DNA of 64,000 nucleotides from Cetorhinus maximus. Its lineage: Eukaryota. The notes under the pieces were generated by a model, which had not been told where the DNA came from, did not search any database, and worked only from the letters and a program-made list of their open reading frames with translations. The stretch covers positions 868,001 through 932,000 of the forward strand of contig NC_135901.1 in assembly GCF_964194155.1 (NCBI RefSeq). The letters run 5' to 3'. How positions within the stretch are numbered: position 1 is the first letter of the stretch; each line of letters starts with the position of its first letter. Positions 52,072 through 64,000 of this stretch are shown in pieces. Position numbers and translations under genes: made by a program.

Positions 52072-53199
52072 ATGCCCAGACTGTGGGAAGTGCTATAAAA
52101 GATCGGAGGAACTGATGTCCCATCAACATGTTCACACTGACTAGAGACCGTTCAGGAGCTCTCACTATGGGACTGGGTTCAGGAGATCATCAGATCTCAT
52201 TACACACCAGCGAGTTCACACTGGGGAGAGATCGTTCACCTGTTCCGCATGTGGGAAGATATTCTCTCAGTCACCCCAACTACTGAGACACCAGTGTGTT
52301 CACACTGGGGAGCCTGTTCCGTGTGTGGGAAGAAATTCGGTCATTTATTCACTCGGCTGAATCACCAGGAAGTTTAGAAGTAACGACGGTGATTAAATTT
52401 TGCTGTTAATTGCATCCAGGACTGAATCATGTTCATTAGGTCTGTTTCTGCTGATGTAAATAAACTCCGGCCCAGTTACAGGTGTTAATATTCTGGACAA
52501 AAGTCAAATAGATCAGCTTTGCATTAAACATAGCGTGTTGACTCTTTTTAGTTTCTCTAACACAGTTGAGTTCTTTTGAAAGGCTCTTGCTCTCCCCTAT
52601 CTTCTCCATCCTCAGCTCCAGCAAAAAAGTATGAGGAGCTCATGGAGCTTCTTTGTATTAAGATTGAGACAATCTGATCTGCTGCTTCCCTCTCTTCCAT
52701 GAACCCATCGGGCCAAACTGCCTTTGAAGCTGCCCCTTCTCCAAGCCCTGAACCATAATCTTTCTCCACCTTTTCCCTATCTACCCTAATGCCCTCTCAG
52801 AGCTCATCTTGTCCATGAGACCCACCCCTTCCCTCAATCCTATTCCCACTAAACTGCTGAACACCCCACTTGCCCATGTTCACTGATATTTTTCACAGTT
52901 CCCTTTTCTCGGATATGGGGAACAAAAGAACATAAAAAACAGGAGCAGGAGGAGGCCATTCGGTCCATTGAGCCTACCCTGTCATTCAATAAGATCTGAT
53001 CTGATTGTGGCCTTAATTCCACTTTCTCACCGACCTACATAATAACCCTTGACTCCCTTGAAGATCAAAAATCTCTCTAACTCAGCCTTGAATCTATTCA
53101 ATGACCCGGTCCCCACTGCTCTCTGTGGGAGAGAAGTCCGAAACTAACGACCCTCTGAGAGGAGAAATTCCTCATATCCTCCTTGTATCTTCCTCTCAT

Positions 53200-53638
53200 C
53201 AACAGGCAAATGCTGTTCACATGAACACACCTGTGATTGGACAAAAGCCACATGATTGTGTAGTGAAATGTACGTGGACAGTTCTGATTGGTAGCCTCAG
53301 GGGAGTGAGTTAGGGGGGTTTCCAGCATATGAACAGCCCTCTCAAGGGGTTTGATGCAGTGGAGAAAAGAACAAAGAGAAGACGATGAAGAAATAATAAA
53401 GAAGCAAGAAAGCTGGAAACTCCACAAGAAAACCAGAAGCTATGGGGAAAGAAGTGCGCTCTGCTGTCCAGATACAACACGGGAAGTATAGAGTTCACAT
53501 TGTTCTGTAAATCACTGTCTGAACTTTACCTTTAGTCTAGGAGTTTGTCCTGCCTTTCTCTTAATAAAGCTGCTCAATAACTGAACTCTATTGTCACGTC
53601 CGATCCTGTTGTAAGTAAGGAGTTCAATCCCTACGACC
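53200..53638 (+). mobile_element. Possible LTR fragment
   Basis: Sequence unique in the window, AATAAA near 53563, LTR-like end AGTTCAATCCCTACGAC abutting a ZNF relic; no TSD found. Confidence 0.3.
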
Positions 53639-53639
53639 T

Positions 53640-53885
53640 GTGAGTTCACACCAGGGAGGTGCTGTTCATCTACTCCATATGTTAGGAAAGGATTCACTTG
53701 TGTGTCCAGCCTCACTGCCCATCAAGTTGTTCACTCTGATAAGAGACCTTTTAATTGTTCTCACTGTCTGAAGAGTTTTAAAAGCTCTAAAGATCTGATG
53801 AAATACTGACTCACTCGTACCGGAGAGAAACCATTCACCTGTACTGAGTGTGGGAAGAGAGTCACTCAGTCAGTTGACACACCAA
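53640..53885 (+). pseudogene. C2H2 zinc-finger relic J (~3 degenerate fingers)
   Basis: [45 protein letters not shown]. Confidence 0.7.
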
Positions 53886-56195
53886 CCATCCTGCCAATGG
53901 AAACAATTTCTCCCTATGTAAACAAAAATTCCTAAAAATAAATATTACCACACTTCTATTAAATCACTCCTTAACCTTCCCTGCTGTAAAGAGAACAATC
54001 CCAGCTTCTCCAGTCTCTCCACAACTGAAACCCCTCATACCTGATACTATTCTGGTCAATTTTCTCTGCACCCTCTCCAAGGCCTTGACATCTTTCCCAA
54101 AGTGTGGTGCTCAGAATTAAGCACAAGATTTCAGATGAGGATTAATTGTGATTTATAAAGATTCAGTATAATTGTCTTGCTTTTCCACTCCATACCTCCA
54201 TTAGGAAACCAAGGGCTCCATGAGATTTTTATAAACAATTTGATCAACCTGTCCTGATGGATTCAAAGGTTTGTGTCTATACACTCCCAGGTCACTCTGT
54301 TCCTGCACTCTGTTTAAAACTGTACCATTTAGTCTATTCTGCCTCTCCTCATTCTTCCTTCCAAAATGCATCATTGACTGTGAAACGCGTTGTAATGTTC
54401 TGAGGATTTGGAAGGTGCTAAATGGACACAAGAATTTTCTTTCCCTTTGATGGATGATTTAAAATTGTAGATTTTGCTTCAATGAATATTAATCCAATTT
54501 AATCTACGTTAACTATTTTACTGCAGAAACAATTTCACCTGGAAGTCAGCAAATCTTACTTTGCACAAACTGCCTGTCATGAAACAGTAACATGGTGAAT
54601 TTATACAACACGATTAATGTAATAAAACATCCCGAGGTGCTTCAGAGCAGTTTCAGGAAGAAAATGTTGATACCGAGTCACAGGGCAATATTTGAGTCGA
54701 TGGCTGAAACCTTGATTGGAGAGGCAGATTTTAACAAGCATCTTTCATCAGGACAGAGAGGTGGAGGGGTTCAGGGAGGGAATTTCAAAGTTTCACGCCT
54801 GGACATGGCCAAGAATGGTGGAGTGATTAAAATCAGGGATACTAAAGAGGCCAGAATGGGAGAAGTGCAGATATATCAGTGGGTGTGTGACTGGAGATGA
54901 CAGACACAGGGAGGGACAAGGCCAGGGAAGGGTTTATAAACAGAATGTAAATTTCAAAGTCTTGGTATTGCTTGACCAGGAGTCAATGTAGTGAGCATAG
55001 GGGTGATGGGCGAACGGGACTTGGTGTGAGAAAGCACACGGGCAGCAGAGTTTAGGGTGATCTCACATTTCCACGTGGGGGTGGGATGAATGTGAGAGGC
55101 TGGTCAGGAATGTATTGGAATCGTCAAGTCTAAAGGTAACATGGGCATGGATGAGGGTTTCAGCAGCAGATGAGCTGGGGCAGAGTAGAGACGGGCGACG
55201 TTATGGAGATTGAAATATCTGGTATTAGTGATGATGTGGATATGTGGTCAGAAACTCATCTTGGGGTCAAATCTGACAAGATTGTGAAGAGTGTGGTTCA
55301 GCCTCAGACAGTTCCCAGGGAGAGGGATGGACTCGGTAGTTAGGGAACGGAATTTGTAGTGGTGACCGAAGACAATGGCTTTGGTCTTCCCAATTTTTAA
55401 TTGGAGGAAATTTCTGCTCAGTGAGGTAGAGCTGGGCGTTGTCAGTGTACATGTGAAAACTAACACGGTGCTTTTGGATGATGTCACCTAGTGGCAGCTT
55501 GTAGATGAGAAATAGGAGGGGCCAAGGATAGATCCTTGGGGGGACACCAAGTTTGGAGAGGAAAGGGAGGTTGGAGATGGGGCAGCAGTTTGCAAGGACA
55601 GTGGGGCCAAGGGTGGTTTTTTTTCAGGAAGGGTGAGAATGGTGTATTTAAAGGTGAGAGGGACAAAACCATAAGAGAGAGAGAGAGAACTGTTAACGAT
55701 ATCAGCAACATGGGGAAGATGGATGGTCAGCAGTTTAGTGGAAATGGCATCATGGACAAGATGAAGTCTGACAGGGATTGACAGGCAATAGAAGAGAAAC
55801 TGGGGAAAGATGTGAGTTCAGGGCTCAGACAAAAGGGAACTTTAGACACAGTTTGGTCCGGTGGGTTAGTGAAAGGGAGGGAAGCAGCAGAGGCAGCTGA
55901 TCAGATTGTCTCAATCTTAGTGACAAAGAAGCTCCATGAGCTCCTCACACTTGTTGTTGGTGAGGATGGAGGAGACAGGGGAGAGGGAGACCACTTCAAA
56001 AGGAACTAACTTATGTCAGGGATATCAACAAGATTCAACAGACTGTGTGTTTAACAAAAAGCTGATTTATTTTACTTTTATCCAGAATAATAACACATGT
56101 AATTGGGCTGGAATTTGCAAACATCAGCATAAAAAGACCCCAATGAACATGGTTGCATCCTGGATGTGATTAACAGCAAAATCCAACTACTGCAG

Positions 56196-57414
56196 TCACT
56201 TGTGAACTCGCTGGTGACTCAGCAAGTTGGATTTCTGAGTGAATCTCTTCTCACACTTGGAGCAGGTGAATGGCCTCTCCCCAGTGTGAATACGCTCATG
56301 TACAGTGAGTTGAGATGATCGTTTGAACCCAGTCCCACAGTGAGAGCACCTGAACGGTCTCTCATCAGTGTGGATACGTTGATGGCACATCAGATCGCTG
56401 GAACTTTTAAAGCACTTTCCACAGTCTGTGCATTTAAAAGGTTTCTCCTCAGTGTGAACACGTTGATGGGACATCAAATTGCTGGAACTTTTGCAGCACT
56501 TCCCGCAGTCTGGGCATTTAAAAGGTCTCTCATTAGTGTGAACTTGCTGGTGAGTCATGAGGTGGGATGACCGAGTAAATCCCTTCCCACACTCAGTGCA
56601 GGTGAACGGTCTCTCCCCAGTGTGAATTCGCTGGTGTTCAGTGAGCTGAGATGGCCACCTGAACCCAGTCCCACAGTGAGAGCACCTGAACGGTCTCTCG
56701 TCAGTGTGAACACGTTGATGAAACATCAGTTCCCTGGAACCTTTATAGCACTTATCACAGTCTGGGCATTTAAAAGGTCTCTCCTCACTGTGAACACGTT
56801 GATGGAACATCAGTTCCTTTAAACTTTTATAGCACTTCCTGCATTCTGGACATTTAAAAGATCTCTCCTCAGTGTGAACTCGCTGGTGTGTCTGCAGGGT
56901 GGATAACTGACTGAATCCCTTCCCACACTCGGAGCAGGTGAACGGTCTCTCCCCAGTGTGAACTCGCTGGTGTCTCAGCAGGTTGAAAGACTGAGTGAAT
57001 CCCATCCCACATTTGGAGCAGGTGAAGGGCCTCTCCCCAGTGTGAACTCGCTGATGTGTCAGCAGGGTGGATAACTGAGTGAATCTCTTCCCACATACAG
57101 AGCAGACTAATGGCCTCTCCCTGCTGTGGCTGCGTTGGTGAATTTCCAGTTCAGACGGGTAGTTGATTCTTTCCTCACAGTCTCCACATTTCCCTGGTTC
57201 TTCCCCACTGGAACTGCACTTGTGTCTCGACAGGCCAGATGATTGACTGAAGCCTCGTCCACACACAGAACACGTGTACGGTTTCTCCCCACTGTGAACG
57301 GTGCTTTTTCCTTCCATGTTCAAAATCCAATGACATTCAGGTTTCAATAAATTAGTCAACTCTGTCAGATACTGATTTGTTGTTTCATTTTGCAAATGCT
57401 CCCCTTCTAATACC
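56196..57414 (-). CDS. C2H2 zinc-finger protein K, 13 fingers (first degenerate); exon open from the splice acceptor
   Basis: ORF 56196..57470; acceptor TTTCACAG|G at 57414/57415; in-frame [37 protein letters not shown]; first exonic ATG at 57317. Confidence 0.9.
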
Positions 57415-60204
57415 CTGTGAAACTGATTTAAAACAGACAAAAGTGAGTGAGAGAGAACCCACAAAAACACAAAGTCAGGTTGTGAAACTGAGCTGAATAA
57501 ATCTGGTAATTTGTGAGGCCGGCACTAGGAATAAGTGACCGTGAAAACTGCCGGATTGTCCTAAAAACCCAACTGGTTCACTAATGTCCTTCAGGGAAGG
57601 GAACCTGCCTCCTAGTCTGGGCCTACACAAGACTCTGGCCTCTATATGCAGAGACAGAGAGAGAGATACAAAAAGATAAAAACCCTCAACCTCCACCATC
57701 TAGAAGGACCAGGGTAGCAGGTGTGTGTGAACACCATCACCTCTGAATTGCCCTGCAACTCACAGACCATCCTAATTGTCTGAAAACCGTGCTGGATGAG
57801 GAGAAATTTCCTTTAATTAAATATTGGGAATTTAAAAGCCATAGTCTTCAGTCTCCACAACAAATTTCACATCCTAGCCACCGACTCCATCTGTCTCCCT
57901 GGCAACTGTCTGGGGTTGAACCAGAGTATTCACAACCTCAGTAACATGCTTCATCCCAAACTGAGCATCCGACCACATATCCACATCATCACCAAGACCG
58001 TCCATTTCCACCTCAGTAATATCGCCCCACTGCACCCGAGTCTCAGCTCATCTGCTTCTGAAACTCTTGTCCATTCCTTTCTTACCTCTAGACTTAACTA
58101 TCCTAACACACTCCTGACCAACCTCCGACATACAAGCTCTCTGTAATCTTGAGGTCATCCAAAACTCTGCTACCCGTGTGCTTGCCCACACCAAGTCTTG
58201 TTCACCCATCGCCCCTGTGCTCGCTGACCTAAGAGGTTCCAATTTAAGAAGCACCAAAATTTAAAAATTCTCCTCCTCGTTTTCAAATCCCTCCATGCCT
58301 CTTCTCTTCCCTATCCCTGTAATCTCCTCCAGCTACAACCCTCTGAGATCTTCGCGCTCATCTAATTCCTGCCTCTTGAACATTCCTGATTTTAACTGCT
58401 CTGCCATTGGTGGCCGTTCTTTCAGTTGCCTAAACTCCAGGCTCTGGAATTTCCTCCTTAAACCTCTCCATCTCTCTACCTCACTTTCCTCCTTCATGAT
58501 ACACCTTAAAACCCAGCTCTTTGGCCAAGCTTTTGGTCTCTCTCTCTCTCTCTCTTCTGGTTTTGCCCCTGCCCTAATATCTCCTCATGTGGCTCAGTGT
58601 CAAATGTTGCTTTGTAATATTTCTGTGAAATGCCTTAGAACATTTTATTGATTTGGACATATATCACTGTTCCTTCATCATCGCTGGGTGAATAACCTGT
58701 AACTCCTTATCTAACATCATTGTGGGAGCACCTTCACCACACGGACTGCAGCGGTTCAAGAAGGTCAAACATCATCTTCTCCACAGGTAACTGGGGATGG
58801 GTGATATCTGCTGCTGGTCTTGTTAGTGACCCCCAAATCCCAAGGATATTGTAAAAATATGTATAAGTAAAATAGATAAAAAACATCTGCAAGAACACCT
58901 AATCCTTAAACGATCCCTTTTTACATTGTACAGACAGTGTCCGTTTAACAACCTGATCTCCCCTAGAATCTGCCTTCCCTGACATTGGAAATTGCCAAGC
59001 CTGACTGGGTTCCACCATCTCGGGGTTAAACCCAGCAGCTTCTCCTCCATCTCCCCTCCAGCTCAAACTGATGCAACAAAGGCCTTCAAAAGAAATTGGA
59101 CAAAGACCCTGGAGAGATAAAAAAAATCCTGCTGGGCTATGAGGAAAGGGCAGGGGAGTGGGACTCGCTGATTTTCTCTTGCAGAGAGCCAGCATGGGCA
59201 GGATGGGCTAAGTGGCCTCCGACTGTATTGTAATCATTCTATGACTGCATGGAAACGGTGCTACACAGGAGGACAGGGATCAACCTCTGCAACCATCCGA
59301 CATAAACCAACTCTCAATTGGTTCATCTCTGTTTCTAGACTCAATTCTGTGAGAAACGCCTGCAATAAAACAAAAGCAAAATACTGCAGCTGCTGGAAAT
59401 CTGAAATAAAAAGAGAAAATGCTGGAAATACTCAGCATGTCAGGCAGTAACTGCAAAAAGAGAAAGAGAGTTGACGTTTCAGGATGTGCAGGATGAACTA
59501 CGAAGAGTAAAAATGGTGCAATAAAAACGGTCGATATAAGCACAGAAGCAGAAGAGAAATGGACTATAGTGCAGGAAAATCAATTCCTGACTATGGAAGA
59601 TAAAGCTGGTAAATCAGCAGTGAGTAGGCCACGGGATGGACAGCAGTGGAAACCTCATTTAGACGGTTTGTGGAAATAACAGTAAAATACCAAACATGGT
59701 TAAATACACCTATGATTAGAGGCAGAGGAAGTTAAACAATGGCAGAGAGGTGATCAGGGAGGGCAGAGATGAAACAGAACAATGGATGGACATGAATTCA
59801 GATCCACAGTAATGGATCCACACCAGCCCCAGAGCCATAGAACCAGAGCACAGCATGAAGAGCTCTAAATTGTAGATGGATGCTCAATAACACTCACCCC
59901 TGAAATAATTTCACTGTTTTTAAATTTAAAATCTCCTGCTGGAGTCTGCAACTGTAAAGTTACCAGAAGTGCTGGAGTCAGAGAAAGGTCTCACAGTCTT
60001 CATATCTTCTAACTCCCTGTAAAAGGAGATTACAAAAGTCATAAGTGCCAGTTGAGGTTAGAAATTCAGAAGAGACAAACATTTCTCTTGATTTGAGTTT
60101 GCTGTGTGTAAATCCTCCACTTCTAACCACCTGTAAAAGGAGTTTCCAAAACCCAGTATAGAATTCACAACATTCTCTCCCCCTGCCTGCTGATCCAAGA
60201 TAAC

Positions 60205-60900
60205 TTGAGCAGGGACATAGTTGCATTGAAGCAGTTCAGAGAAGGTTCACTGAGCTGATTCTTGGAATGAGGATGTTTGTATCATGAGGAAAGGTTGAGC
60301 AGATTGGGCCCATACACATTGGAGTTCAAAAGAATGAGAGGTGATCTTATTGAAACATGTAAGATTCTGAAAATGCAGGAAAAACTCAGCTCTGAAGTAG
60401 GGTCAAACAGACTCGAAACGTTAACTCTGTTTCTCTCTCCATAGATGCTGTCAGACCTGCTGAGATTTTCCAGCATTTTCTGTCTTTATTTCAGATTTCC
60501 AACATCAGCAGTATTTTGCTTTTAATTATGTAAGATTCTGAGGTAGCTTAACAGGGTAGATGCCGAGAGGATGGTTCCCCTCATAGAGGAATCTAGAACT
60601 AGGAGGCTCAGATAAAAAATAAAGTGACTCTCATTTGGCTCTGAGAGAAAGAGAAATTTCTTCTCTCTGAGGGTCATTAGTCTTTGGAATTCCCTTTTCC
60701 AGTGAGCAGTGGAGGCTGAGACATTGAATAAATTCAAGGCTGAGTTCAACAGATTTTTGATCCATAGGGGAGTCAAAGGTTTGGGAGGGGTTGGTTGCAG
60801 GAAAGTGAAGGCCACAATCAGATCAGGCATGATCCATTAAGTGGGGAACCAAAATTGATGGGCCAAATGGCCTGCTCCTAATTCTGATGTTCTTGTTTTT
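60205..60900 (+). mobile_element. CR1 3' fragment interrupted by a Penelope-like terminal piece (60370-60525)
   Basis: ATGTAAGATTCTGA occurs on both sides of the insert (60357-60370, 60528-60541). Confidence 0.7.
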
Positions 60901-61089
60901 ATGTTCTTCAGAAGGTCACACATGCGCCCTACAGCACATTGTCCATCTGTTAACCTGGACCTGTCTCCAGCTCCTGTGTGTGGAGTGGAAGTAAAACCAA
61001 TGAGTCACCGATTTTCTCTCCCGGTCACTGGAACCCTGAAGTCACGCCCACTCCGTTACATCACCAAGATGGTCACACAAAAGAATTCT

Positions 61090-62360
61090 GAGGGACAGAA
61101 TATATTTGCACTTGGAGAGACATGGATTAATCAGGGATAGTCAGCATAGATTTATTAAAAAAAGGTCGTGTTTGACAAATTTGATCGAATTTTTTGAGGA
61201 GGTAACCAGGAATGTTGATGAGGGTAATGCATTTTATGTGGTCTGCAAGGGCTTTAGCAAGGCTATTGATAAGGTCCCTCATGGCAGACTGGTAAAGAAA
61301 GTAAGAGCCCATGGGATCCAAGGCAATGTGGCATGTTGGATCCAAAATTGGCTGAGAGGCAGGAAGCAGAGGGTGATAGTAGAGGGATGTTTCTGTGTCT
61401 GTTTCCAGTGGGGTTCCGCAGGGCTTGGTGTTAGGGCTCTTGCCGTTTATTGGGTTCATAAATGATTTGGACTTAAATGTAAGGGGTATGATCAAGAAAT
61501 TCGCGGATGACACGAAAATTGGTAGGGTGGAAAATAGTGAGGAGGATAGCTGTAAACTGCAGGAGGATATCAATGGACTGCTTAGGTGGGCGGAGCGGTG
61601 GCAAATGGAATTCAACCCGGAAAAGTGTGAGGTAAGGCACTTGGGGAGGGCTAACAAGGCAAGGGATTATACTATGAATGGTATGACATAGAAAGTACGG
61701 AAGATCTTAGGGACCTTGGTGTGCATATCCATAGATCCCTGAAGGTATCAGGATAAGTAGGTAAGGTGGCTAAGAATGCATATGGGATACTTGCCTTTAC
61801 TAGCCAAGGAATAGAATACAAGAGCAGGGAGGTTACGCTGGAACTGGTTAGGATACAACTGGAGTACTGTGGACAGTTCTGGTCACCACATTATAGGAAG
61901 GATGTGATTGCACTGGAGTGGGTGGAGAGATTTACCAGGATGCTGCCTGGGCTGAAGGGTCTGAGTTATGAGGAAAGATTGGATAGGCTGGGGTTGTTTT
62001 CCTTGGAGCAGCAAAAGTTGAGAGGGGACCTGAAAGAGGTGTATAAGATTATGAGGGGCATAGATAAAGTGGTTAGGAAGGCACTTTTTTCATTAGTAGA
62101 GGAGTCAATAACCAGGGGGGCATAGATTTAAGGTAAGAGATAGAAGGCTAAGAGGGGAGTTGAGGAGAAATGTTTTTACCCAGAGGATGGTGGGAATCTT
62201 GAACTTAGTGCCTGAAAGGATGATTGAGTTAGAAACTCTCGTAACATTTAAGTATTTAGATATTCACTTGCGTCGCCATAGCCTCCAGAGCTGGAAAATT
62301 GGATGAATGACGTCAGATCCTTGTTGACCATCACAGACGCGATGGGCCGAATGTATTGTA
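61090..62360 (+). mobile_element. CR1 LINE RT and 3' end, frameshifted
   Basis: SCLTNLIEFFEEVT, SGVPQGLVLG, KFADDTKIG, QLEYCGQFWSPHYRKD. Confidence 0.88.
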
Positions 62361-62760
62361 AACGTCGATGAGTCTGAAGTCGCGCATGCGCATTGCTGCC
62401 TCTGAAACAAGATGGCAGCCGCTAACCTGGGCCTGTTGCCCGGAAACAAAGCCTCCGAGCTGTAAACGCGGGACCTACAATGTCTTATTCGGGGCTTGAG
62501 GCCTCCACTGGGTTTTTATGAAGCTTCCCCTCCCTACCCACTCTCACCTTTGGGCTCCATTCCTCCCTCCGCCCCGCCCGCTCTCACCCATTTCCAAAAC
62601 CCCCGCACTCGCACGGCCGCTCCGAAACAGGTGACACTGCGCATGCTCATGGTAGTTCAGCACCACCGCGCCTGCGCACTGAGTTCCTGTAGTGTTAATT
62701 GAGCACATTCACAGCCGCAGGGAATGTTGGGTATCAGCAGCGCCATTGAAATATCCAATA
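62360..62760. promoter_or_regulatory. CpG-rich promoter, probably for ZNF K
   Basis: CGCGCATGCGCA at 62381, YY1-like CAAGATGGCAGC at 62408, CTGCGCATGCTC near 62637; homologous to 20270-20330. Confidence 0.65.
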
Positions 62761-63169
62761 CTCGAAAATAATTTTGTTCCGCAATTAAGATTTCTAAAAG
62801 TGATTTAAACTGCTGCTCTCTGGTGGGAGCTTTTAAAACTTTTCCCACTGGTTTCCCTCCCTCTCCTCCCCTGAAGGTGCTGACTCTAGCTGGGTTCAAT
62901 GCCACAGTCACTGGTTTCTCGCTCTTCCTCTCTTTATCCTGACACTGAATGTTCGCTGTTTTGTAGATGACACAGCACAGATGGCTTTTTGGAATATCTA
63001 TCCAATTAATTCCATATCCCTGCTGACACTGTCAGAACATTGTCTGTCTGCTGTAGAAATGGAAGAGGTGAATAGAAAAGGTTTTCTGGCTGGGTATCTC
63101 TCAGACTCGCTGACCCCTGTGGAAAGATCAATTGACCAGTGTACTGAGCAGATATTAAGGGTTCACTGA

Positions 63170-63585
63170 AATAAAAACGAAAGTGTGGAAAAACTCAACA
63201 GGTCTGGCAACACCATTGGAGGGAGTAACAGAGTTAATGTTTCAAGTCCAATATGACTCTTCTTCAGAACAGAACTGGACAATCTTTTGTTCTTTATTCT
63301 GATTTTAAAACTGACTGTGCTTTGTTTATTATAACCATTACCATTCTCTTTGCCTTTCGTTCAATCACACCATTGTTATTTAATTTCTCCCAACTTCCTC
63401 GTCCTCTCTTTTGTTCTACTTGACCCTCCCCACACACTTTCAATGCCAAAAAACCCATCCTATTTCTCCCTCTCTTCAGTTCTGAAGAAAATAATTTTGC
63501 ACTCGAAACATTAGCTCCGTTTCTTTTTCCACAATAATACCTTTATTTCAGATCTCCAGCATCCGCAGCATATTGCTTTTATTTA
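63170..63585. mobile_element. Penelope-like terminal element with inverted ends and hammerhead-like cores
   Basis: Minus strand 63235-63270 CTGAAGAAGAGTC-ATATTG-GACTTGAAACATTA; plus-strand degenerate copy near 63481-63512. Confidence 0.6.
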
Positions 63586-63593
63586 AGGGTTCA

Positions 63594-63975
63594 GTGGTTA
63601 GTTAAGCATAGAGTACCTGGTAGAGTTTAATTCAATAATTCTACGTGCCCCCACATACCACAGTGACATTATTAATAAAGGGTCAAGTGAAGGGAGTATC
63701 CCCAGTGTGATAGAGTAGATGAATTATGGAGTTACAAATCAAGGGTATTAAAATGCTGTAACCTCACAAATACCATTTGTCTGGGACGTTACAGTATGAA
63801 AGAAACCCACATACTTGTCAGGTGAAAGAGGCCGTGTTCAATGAATGTATTAAATCCACACCACTATCCAATTCCACTGGTGTTTATGTGGATGGGTCTT
63901 GGTTTTATGAACAAAGGCTGCATCAGACTGGAGCTGCATCCTTGCTTCCCCTTGACAATGAGGACAATATTTTTA
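63594..63975 (+). mobile_element. Decayed retroviral-type pol fragment (connection/tether plus start of RNase H)
   Basis: WLVKH/EYLVEFNSIILR/PHTTVTLLIKGQVKGVSPV**SR*IMELQ, then VYVDGSWFYEQRLHQTGAA (GTT at 63882). Confidence 0.6.
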
Positions 63976-64000
63976 CCTCATTCTGGGATGTGGGCGTCAC

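Noticed and set aside
50779-52383. Regular 84-bp repeat-spacer pattern superficially like a CRISPR array
   Set aside because: It is C2H2 linker/finger coding periodicity in eukaryotic DNA; no cas genes

Overview
Eukaryotic (vertebrate) genomic DNA. The repeat content and TCR V-gene style point to a cartilaginous fish (shark-like); this is inference, not a database result. The window is a birth-and-death cluster of about 11 tandem C2H2 zinc-finger genes and relics with no recognisable KRAB/SCAN/BTB. They sit in paralogous modules of a CpG-rich NRF1/YY1/CCAAT promoter, an intron, and one finger exon behind a conserved splice acceptor. Between them are many retroelements: CR1, L2-like, RTE, a young Tx1-clade LINE with a 16-bp TSD, Penelope-like pieces with hammerhead-like motifs and inverted repeats, tRNA-derived SINEs, a solo LTR, a MITE and a retroviral-type pol relic. 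The most unexpected content is at 22.4-25.5 kb: two convergent T-cell receptor alpha/delta-type V pseudogenes, each with a 46-nt leader exon, V exon and 23-bp-spacer RSS, plus a third V-like stub, bracketed by decayed tRNA-Leu and tRNA-Glu genes. Exon structures and TE family names were assigned by eye; boundaries of old repeats are approximate.
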